NCBI GenBank assembly: GCA_022729575.1
Contig: DZAL01000018.1
Location: forward strand, 1,290 to 34,323
Source: Thiomargarita sp.
GTDB lineage: Bacteria; Pseudomonadota; Gammaproteobacteria; Beggiatoales; Beggiatoaceae
Direction of reading: 5' to 3'
Length of the DNA: 33,034 nucleotides
Below are positions 27,490-33,034 of this stretch, piece after piece. The notes under the pieces were generated by a model. That model saw only the letters and a program-made list of their open reading frames with translations, made no database searches and was not told where the DNA came from. The position numbers and the translations under genes were made by a program. Position 1 is the first letter of the stretch, and every line of letters starts with the position of its first letter.

Positions 27490-27760
27490 AGATTTGACAA
27501 CTTTCGAAAAGTTGTCAAATCTTTCTTCGTAAAGTTTCCGATTTGACAACTTTCGAAAAGTTGTCAAATCTTTCTTCGTAAAGTTTCCGATTTGACAACT
27601 TTCGAAAAGTTGTCAAATCTTTCCTCGTAAAGTTTCAGATTTGACAACTTTCGAAAAGTTGTCAAATCTTTAGTTCGAAAGTTCCAGATTTGACAACTTT
27701 CGAAAAGTTGTCAAATCTAGCTCACCGATTTGACAACTTTCGAAAAGTTGTCAAATCTTA
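27490..27760. repeat. Six tandem copies of the 33-bp palindrome between convergent genes; spacers are duplicates of the yyaL stop-codon flank (TTCTTCGTAAAGTTTCC)
   Basis: Direct reading; likely bidirectional terminator array. Confidence 0.9.
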
Positions 27761-27764
27761 GGCT

Positions 27765-28262
27765 TTACAGATGTAACGTCTTGTTCCCACGTCCAATACC
27801 GGAAACGCCAGAGCGTACCACTTCTAGTATCAAAGAGGCTTCAATGGCCTTGACGAAAGCATCAATTTTATCACCGCTACCGGTCATTTCAATGGTATAG
27901 GTGGCATCTCCCACATCGATAACTTGACCGCGGAAAATATCCACCAGTCGTTTCACCTCTTCTCGTTGATTGGTCGTGGCCACTTTCACTTTGAGCAGAA
28001 GTAATTCTCGTTCAATGTAAGGACCTTCGCTCAAGTCAATCAATTTAATCACGTCCACTAACTTATTCAGTTGTTTAGTGATTTGTTCCACGATGTCATC
28101 AGACCCACGAGTGACTACCGTCATCCGCGACATCGAAGGGTCGTCCGTAGGCGCGACCGTAAGTGATTCAATATTGTAACCGCGGGCGGAAAAGAGACCT
28201 GCCACTCGTGAGAGGGCCCCGGGTTCATTTTCTAACAAAATGGACAGTATATGACGACGCAT
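27765..28262 (-). CDS. ilvH: Acetolactate synthase small (regulatory) subunit
   Basis: ACT-domain N-terminus ILSILLENEPGALSRVAGLFSARGYNIESL typical of IlvH/IlvN. Confidence 0.85.
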   Translation of the reverse strand: MRRHILSILLENEPGALSRVAGLFSARGYNIESLTVAPTDDPSMSRMTVVTRGSDDIVEQITKQLNKLVDVIKLIDLSEGPYIERELLLLKVKVATTNQREEVKRLVDIFRGQVIDVGDATYTIEMTGSGDKIDAFVKAIEASLILEVVRSGVSGIGRGNKTLHL

Positions 28263-28265
28263 GAT

Positions 28266-30008
28266 TTAAGCTAACTCCCGTTCTTCTTGATATGGCGATA
28301 ACATCATTTCATGGTGCCCCTTACCGGCGGCCATCATCGGATAGACGTTTTCGGCAGGGTCAATTTTGCAATCAATAAAAACTAACCGATCGGTCAGCGC
28401 AAAGGCTTCTTTCAACACCGACTCCAATTCCGCAGGTTTCTCCACGCGTAAACCGACATGACCGTAACTTTCCGCCAATTTGACAAAATCCGGTAAGGCT
28501 TCAAAATAAGAGTGCGAATAGCGTTTATCATAAAACATCTCTTGCCATTGTCGCACCATACCCATGTAGCCGTTATTGAGATTGAGAATTTTTAACGGTA
28601 AATCGAATTGCTTACAAGTGGATAATTCTTGAATGCACATTTGAATACTAGACTCACCGGTCACACACACCACCGTTTCTTGAGGAAACGCCAGTTTCAC
28701 ACCCATCGCCGCCGGCATTCCAAAACCCATTGTGCCCAAGCCGCCAGAATTAATCCAACGACGAGGTTTCGTGAATTTGTAAAATTGCGCCACAAACATC
28801 TGATGTTGACCCACATCAGAGGTCACATAGGCATCACCCTTGGTGATTTCATAAAGTTTTTCAATCGCAAATTGCGGCTTGATTAACTGACTCTTACGAT
28901 CATAGCGTAAACAATTGGTGGCTCGCCAGGTATCAATCTGCTGCCACCAATTAGCTAACATATCGGCATCGGTTTGTTTACCGCTCTCTTTAATCGCCTT
29001 AATCAGGTCACGTAGCACTCGATCCACAGTGCCCACAATAGGAATATCGACTTTGACATTTTTGGAAATCGACGAGGGGTCGATGTCAATATGGATAATT
29101 TTGGCTTGCGGACAAAATTGTTTCACGTCTCCAGTCACGCGGTCATCAAAACGTGCGCCCACGGCTAACAGCACATCACATTCGTGCATTGCCATATTCG
29201 CCTCGTAAGTACCGTGCATTCCCAACATGCCAATAAATTGCGGATCCGTAGCGGGATAGGAGCCCAGTCCCATCAGCGTTTGAGTAATGGGATAACCCAA
29301 CATTCTGGTAAGCTCCACCAATTCCGCAGACCCATTTCCTAACACCACACCACCACCCGTATAAATCACCGGACGTTTAGCCAACAACAGTAACTCTGCG
29401 GCTTTCCGGATTTGGCCCGGGTGACCATTAAACACGGGTTTGTAAGAACGCATTTCAATGCTTTCTGGATATTCAAACCAAGTTTTTTGTGCCGTCACAT
29501 CTTTAGGAATATCCACCAGCACCGGGCCTGGTCGGCCAGACACGGCTAAATAAAAAGCCTTCTTAATAGTTTCAGCTAATTTACTGACATCTTTAACCAA
29601 AAAGTTATGTTTCACACAGGGGCGCGAAATGCCCACCGAATCGACTTCTTGAAAGGCATCGTTGCCAATCAAACTGGTAGGCACCTGGCCGGTGATAATC
29701 ACCATGGGTATAGAATCCATATAAGCTGTGGCGATGCCAGTAATCGTATTGGTCACGCCAGGGCCAGAAGTCACCAGCACCACGCCAGGTTTGCCGGTGG
29801 CACGAGAATAGCCATCGGCGGCATGGGTCGCCGCTTGCTCATGACGGACTAAAATATGCCGAATGGAATTTTGTTTAAATAACGCATCATAAATATACAG
29901 CACCGAGCCGCCAGGATAGCCGAAGACAATTTCGACTCCCTCTTGCACCAGGCAATTGACGAGAATATCAGCACCAGTCATTTCAGTGAGTTGATTGACT
30001 GCACTCAT
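28266..30008 (-). CDS. ilvI: Acetolactate synthase large subunit (biosynthetic AHAS)
   Basis: ThDP-binding motifs (GYPGG, GDG..MM..NNG..GMVRQWQ), ~580 aa; GGAGAGG RBS; 3-nt gap to ilvH. Confidence 0.85.
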   Translation of the reverse strand: MSAVNQLTEMTGADILVNCLVQEGVEIVFGYPGGSVLYIYDALFKQNSIRHILVRHEQAATHAADGYSRATGKPGVVLVTSGPGVTNTITGIATAYMDSIPMVIITGQVPTSLIGNDAFQEVDSVGISRPCVKHNFLVKDVSKLAETIKKAFYLAVSGRPGPVLVDIPKDVTAQKTWFEYPESIEMRSYKPVFNGHPGQIRKAAELLLLAKRPVIYTGGGVVLGNGSAELVELTRMLGYPITQTLMGLGSYPATDPQFIGMLGMHGTYEANMAMHECDVLLAVGARFDDRVTGDVKQFCPQAKIIHIDIDPSSISKNVKVDIPIVGTVDRVLRDLIKAIKESGKQTDADMLANWWQQIDTWRATNCLRYDRKSQLIKPQFAIEKLYEITKGDAYVTSDVGQHQMFVAQFYKFTKPRRWINSGGLGTMGFGMPAAMGVKLAFPQETVVCVTGESSIQMCIQELSTCKQFDLPLKILNLNNGYMGMVRQWQEMFYDKRYSHSYFEALPDFVKLAESYGHVGLRVEKPAELESVLKEAFALTDRLVFIDCKIDPAENVYPMMAAGKGHHEMMLSPYQEERELA

Positions 30009-30394
30009 TTAAGCCTCTCCTAAATACCAAAAATTGGATAAAAAGTAAGTGATAAAAATTATTGGGAATAATATTAACCCGTAACTACCTAAAAAATCAA
30101 GCAGTTTTCGAATAATCACCCTAACTTATTGAAAAATAATAATTTATTTACTCCAGAGGGATAAATGGGAGTAAGTTGCTGACCAGATGGGCGGGAATAC
30201 AAGGGGTATTTTGTACTTTCGTTGAGTCAGACTTTCAAGTATCATCTTAGGATAGACTAAGTTTTGGAAAAATGCAAAATTTATTTTTATGGGGTTGATA
30301 ATTATGGACATTTTGTGTTTTTGAGTATTTTGATATAAATTAGCCTGACTGATGAGATGGGTAGCTAACAAGTATCCATTTGAAAATTTCTTGT

Positions 30395-30500
30395 TAAGTA
30401 CTGAAGCATAAATTCTATGGTATTTCCCCTCACCCCCGGCCCCCTGCCAGAGGGAAATGGGCGAAAGCACATACGAGAAAATTTCTGCTTCAGTACTTAT
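30395..30500. repeat. Family-C MITE-like element with ~13-bp TIRs (AAGTACTGAAGCA ... TGCTTCAGTACTT) and internal hairpin CCCTCACCCCCGGCCCCCTGCCAGAGGGAAATGGG
   Basis: Direct reading; copies at 31830-31930 and (rearranged) 24345-24445. Confidence 0.8.
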
Positions 30501-30565
30501 CCCCATTGGCTGGTAGGGACTACCCATTTTAGATATTTACCACTCACTGCTACAATAAATAATCT

Positions 30566-31828
30566 ATGTTTAACCTCAAAGAAGTTTCGATTAACTTATT
30601 CCTGATTAGTCTAGTCACGAGTGTAGTTTATGTCAACTTATATTTAACAGGAAGTAGTTTGAGCGGTCCAGAAGCCTTGGCTTATGAGTTAGTTGGAGAA
30701 GCCAAAAATTGGCCCGTGAGAGAGTGGATCGAACAATGGATGTGGCAACAGGAGTCACCCTATAAATTTAGAATTTTAGGCAAATGGTTGGTGTGGATAA
30801 CGTTTCAGGCGTTAGAAACTCCGGTGATGGGAGAAACGGCGGTTAAGAATTTATTCTACCAAATATTTATTGTTTGGGGATGGCTATGGTTGATGGCTAC
30901 GGTCATCAGTTTATATGTTTACCTGAAGTGGCTATGGCAGGATTTGGCCAGATCGTCGGCTTGGCAGACCGCTATTTTAGGGAGTGTGCTATTCCTAACG
31001 GCACCTCCGATTTTGATGGCATTTAAGTTTCCGGTGCATACCAGTCCCAACGATTTATTAGGTTATTTTTTCATGGTAATCGGGATGATGGCGATAGTTA
31101 CTCGTCATTCCTTCGTATTATGTATTATCTCTAGCATTGCTGTATTTTGTAGAGAAACTTTGCTTTTATTACCGTTTATTTACTTGATAACCAGTGATGA
31201 TAAATGGTTAAAACGACTTTTATTAAGTAGTTTTCCAGTCATCACCTGGGTAACTTATAGAATAGTATGGTGGGAGGCTTATGTTCCAAGCACGGGAGCT
31301 TATCATAATTTACTCTATCCTTATGAAACTTTGGGCTTTCTTTTTCTGATATTTGGCGGATTGTGGTTACCTAGTTTGGTCGGTTTTTTTCAATTCAACA
31401 CGGCTCCAACATTGACCCGTTGGCAACCTTTGATAAAGAGTTTTCCCATGGCCTGTTTGTTAGTGTTGGGATTCAATTTGATGTTTGCTAGAATTCGGGA
31501 AATTCGAATCTTGTTTGTCTTGTTTGTCTTTATTCTTCCTCTAGCTTTATGGTGGGTCAACCAAAATATTAATTCGATGTATTATATTTTAAGAAAGTGG
31601 TGGTATTGGACCTATTTATTACTGTTAACCATTTTGAGCGGGTGGGGAGGAATGATATTAACACATCCATTATCCATTCAAGAATATGGATTTTATATGC
31701 AACGATTTGGACATTTATACGGTGGCTTTGGTGGAGGCTGGGTAGAGATTATGATGACCTATTTTTGGATTACCATGGCAGGACTGCCGTTACTCTTTGG
31801 AAAATATCTATATTCCTCCAAAAATTAA
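30566..31828 (+). CDS. Hypothetical polytopic integral membrane protein (~10-12 TM helices)
   Basis: Long hydrophobic ORF, W/Y-rich; no confident family assignment. Confidence 0.5.
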   Translation: MFNLKEVSINLFLISLVTSVVYVNLYLTGSSLSGPEALAYELVGEAKNWPVREWIEQWMWQQESPYKFRILGKWLVWITFQALETPVMGETAVKNLFYQIFIVWGWLWLMATVISLYVYLKWLWQDLARSSAWQTAILGSVLFLTAPPILMAFKFPVHTSPNDLLGYFFMVIGMMAIVTRHSFVLCIISSIAVFCRETLLLLPFIYLITSDDKWLKRLLLSSFPVITWVTYRIVWWEAYVPSTGAYHNLLYPYETLGFLFLIFGGLWLPSLVGFFQFNTAPTLTRWQPLIKSFPMACLLVLGFNLMFARIREIRILFVLFVFILPLALWWVNQNINSMYYILRKWWYWTYLLLLTILSGWGGMILTHPLSIQEYGFYMQRFGHLYGGFGGGWVEIMMTYFWITMAGLPLLFGKYLYSSKN

Positions 31829-31829
31829 G

Positions 31830-32015
31830 TTCTGAAGCATGAATTCGGCGGTATTTTCCCTCACCCCCGACCCCTCTCCCAGAGGGAGAGGGGTGAAAGA
31901 AAATAGGAGAAAATTTCTGCTTCAGTACTTAGTAGTCATGCACCAGGTAGTGGTTTAAACCTGACAGGTCTCGAAGACCTGTCAGGTTTGAGAGCTCGAC
32001 CACTACCTATTGCAT
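31830..32015. repeat. Family-C element (31830-31930) immediately followed by family-D hairpin (31936-32015; AAACCTGACAGGTCTCGAAGACCTGTCAGGTTT core)
   Basis: Direct reading; same two families adjacent to each other at 23958-24445. Confidence 0.8.
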
Positions 32016-32092
32016 CACTACCCAGTCCCAGGCTCTCACCCAGATTTCAGGACTACCTCGAATTTTAGTCAAATGGGCCGAGTTTCGCTCCG

Positions 32093-32905
32093 TTAATCCC
32101 ATTCAAAACTCTGTACCACCACTATCCCCCGGGCCTGTGCCAGGTCAAGGACCGCAGGATGAACTACATGTGTGATGAGTAAAGGGACGATAGGTTGAGA
32201 GAATACCTGTTGGACCCCGTTAACATGATTTGCCAATTTTCGCAATTTGGAACGGTCATCCAACTTCAACACGGTCTCTCCCACTATCAATACTTCTTGT
32301 CCATGACGGGTCGCTTTGGCAAATAAATTGATTTCCTCCCCACCAATAAACCGACGTACAAAACGTTCAGTTATCTCTAATTGATGATGAGTTTTCAGAT
32401 ACGCTGGCAGTTTTCGGAAGGCCTCATTTTCCAACGCATAAGACACACTCTTGGATAAGCCGCCCACTTGACTTCTGGTTGTATTCAAACCATGAGATAA
32501 CTTAGCAATTTCTTGTTCGGTGCGGGCTTGCGCCTGGGCTAACGCGGTTTGTGCCAGGGTTAACTCTTCCAAGCGTTGTTCGGTGCGGGCTTGCGCCTGG
32601 GCTAACGCGGTTTGTGCCAGGGTTAACTCTTCCAAGCGTTGTTCGGTGCGGGTTTGCGCCTGGGCTAACGCGGTTTGTACCAGGGTTAACTCTTCCAAGC
32701 GTTGTTCGGTGCGGGCCTGGGCCAGCGTCAAGTCTTTCACCGCGTGACTGAGGTCTCTCACAATCTCCTTGAGTTCATTAAACTCCGTTTTGGTGACCGA
32801 ATCTTCCCGGTGTCGTTCGATTTCCTCCAAAATCATCCACAGTAAATTCTTAAGGCCAGGTTCAAGTATCTCTAACTGTCGTAGCAAATTGACACTAAAC
32901 ATCAT
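32093..32905 (-). CDS. Hypothetical protein: N-terminal coiled coil with 21-aa tandem repeats (TEQRLEELTLAQTALAQAQAR x3) and a conserved-looking globular C-terminal domain
   Basis: ORF with good length; repeats are perfect at DNA level; C-terminal ~110 aa non-repetitive (GQEVLIVGETVLKLDDRSKL...). Confidence 0.6.
   Translation of the reverse strand: MMFSVNLLRQLEILEPGLKNLLWMILEEIERHREDSVTKTEFNELKEIVRDLSHAVKDLTLAQARTEQRLEELTLVQTALAQAQTRTEQRLEELTLAQTALAQAQARTEQRLEELTLAQTALAQAQARTEQEIAKLSHGLNTTRSQVGGLSKSVSYALENEAFRKLPAYLKTHHQLEITERFVRRFIGGEEINLFAKATRHGQEVLIVGETVLKLDDRSKLRKLANHVNGVQQVFSQPIVPLLITHVVHPAVLDLAQARGIVVVQSFEWD
32520..32715. repeat. 63-bp tandem repeat x3.3 inside the coiled-coil CDS
   Basis: Direct reading (CTTGTTCGGTGCGGGCTTGCGCCTGGGCTAACGCGGTTTGTGCCAGGGTTAACTCTTCCAAGCGTTG...). 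Confidence 0.9.
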
Positions 32906-32936
32906 AATGGTTCCTCTTTAACTTAAAATCGGTAGC

Positions 32937-33034
32937 AGATTTGACAACTTTTTGAAAGTTGTCAAATCTAAGTAGCCAAAGCAGATTTGACAACTTTTTG
33001 AAAGTTGTCAAATCTAAGTAGCCAAAGCAGATTT
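32937..33034. repeat. Tandem copies of the 33-bp palindrome (period 47, spacer AAGTAGCCAAAGC), truncated by window end
   Basis: Direct reading. Confidence 0.9.

Noticed and set aside
27490-27760. Possible CRISPR arrays: regular repeat-spacer periodicity at 27490-27760, 19585-19745, 8725-8865, 1-133 and 32937 onward
   Set aside because: The spacers within each array are identical or near-identical to one another and derive from the adjacent gene end. The repeat is a perfect palindrome also found singly in most intergenic gaps. No cas genes are in the window. These are tandemly amplified REP-like elements.
30009-30565. ilv leader peptide or attenuator upstream of ilvI (minus strand)
   Set aside because: No short Ile/Val/Leu-rich ORF with terminator/antiterminator alternative hairpins was seen. 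The region is AT-rich and carries a family-C repeat instead. Regulation is probably not by classical attenuation, but it is unverified.
32520-32751. ORFs 32520..32747 and 32551..32751 (+) with internally repeated peptides
   Set aside because: These are frame artefacts of the 63-bp tandem repeat on the strand opposite the real coiled-coil gene 32093..32905.
1-33034. Autonomous IS elements, transposases, integrases, prophage genes, tRNA or rRNA genes
   Set aside because: None of the ORFs resembles a transposase, integrase or phage protein. The numerous repeats are all short non-autonomous hairpin elements. No cloverleaf-compatible tRNA candidates were evident by eye in the repeat-filled intergenic regions, but this was not computed.

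Overview
This 33-kb window has gammaproteobacterial gene order and is saturated with structured intergenic repeats. The gene set, in order:

- A GumN/TraB-family gene, a signal-peptide cold-shock-domain gene, a retropepsin-like protease and nadC.
- A cell-wall cluster: rodA(mrdB)-mltB-rlpA-dacA, followed by a class-IV aminotransferase.
- Three consecutive hybrid histidine-kinase genes: one giant membrane sensor with periplasmic tandem Cache-like modules, then two cytoplasmic REC-HK-REC-REC paralogs.
- A YfiR/DUF4154-like gene and a small membrane protein.
- A full-length, intronless homolog of the eukaryotic major vault protein (MVP).
- An MBL-fold hydrolase, a metallophosphoesterase and a YyaL/DUF255 thioredoxin-domain protein.
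- Convergent ilvIH on the minus strand, a polytopic membrane protein, and a coiled-coil tandem-repeat protein.

Almost every intergenic gap carries one or more repeat families. The commonest is a 33-bp near-perfect palindrome (AGATTTGACAACTTTCGAAAAGTTGTCAAATCT), with more than 25 copies, often in tandem arrays that resemble CRISPR but are not. Other families are a ~130-nt nested-hairpin element (CACCCCCAACCCCTCCTTGGTAAGGAGGGG...), a MITE-like element with terminal inverted repeats (TIRs), and several other hairpin families. One hairpin element sits in frame inside the giant kinase.

The standout is the bacterial MVP gene. It is collinear with eukaryotic vault shell protein over essentially its whole length and is flanked by the host-specific repeats, so it is a resident bacterial gene rather than contamination. 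The repeat content and the abundance of multidomain kinases suggest a large sulfur bacterium (Beggiatoaceae-like) or a similarly repeat-rich lineage, but that is inference only.
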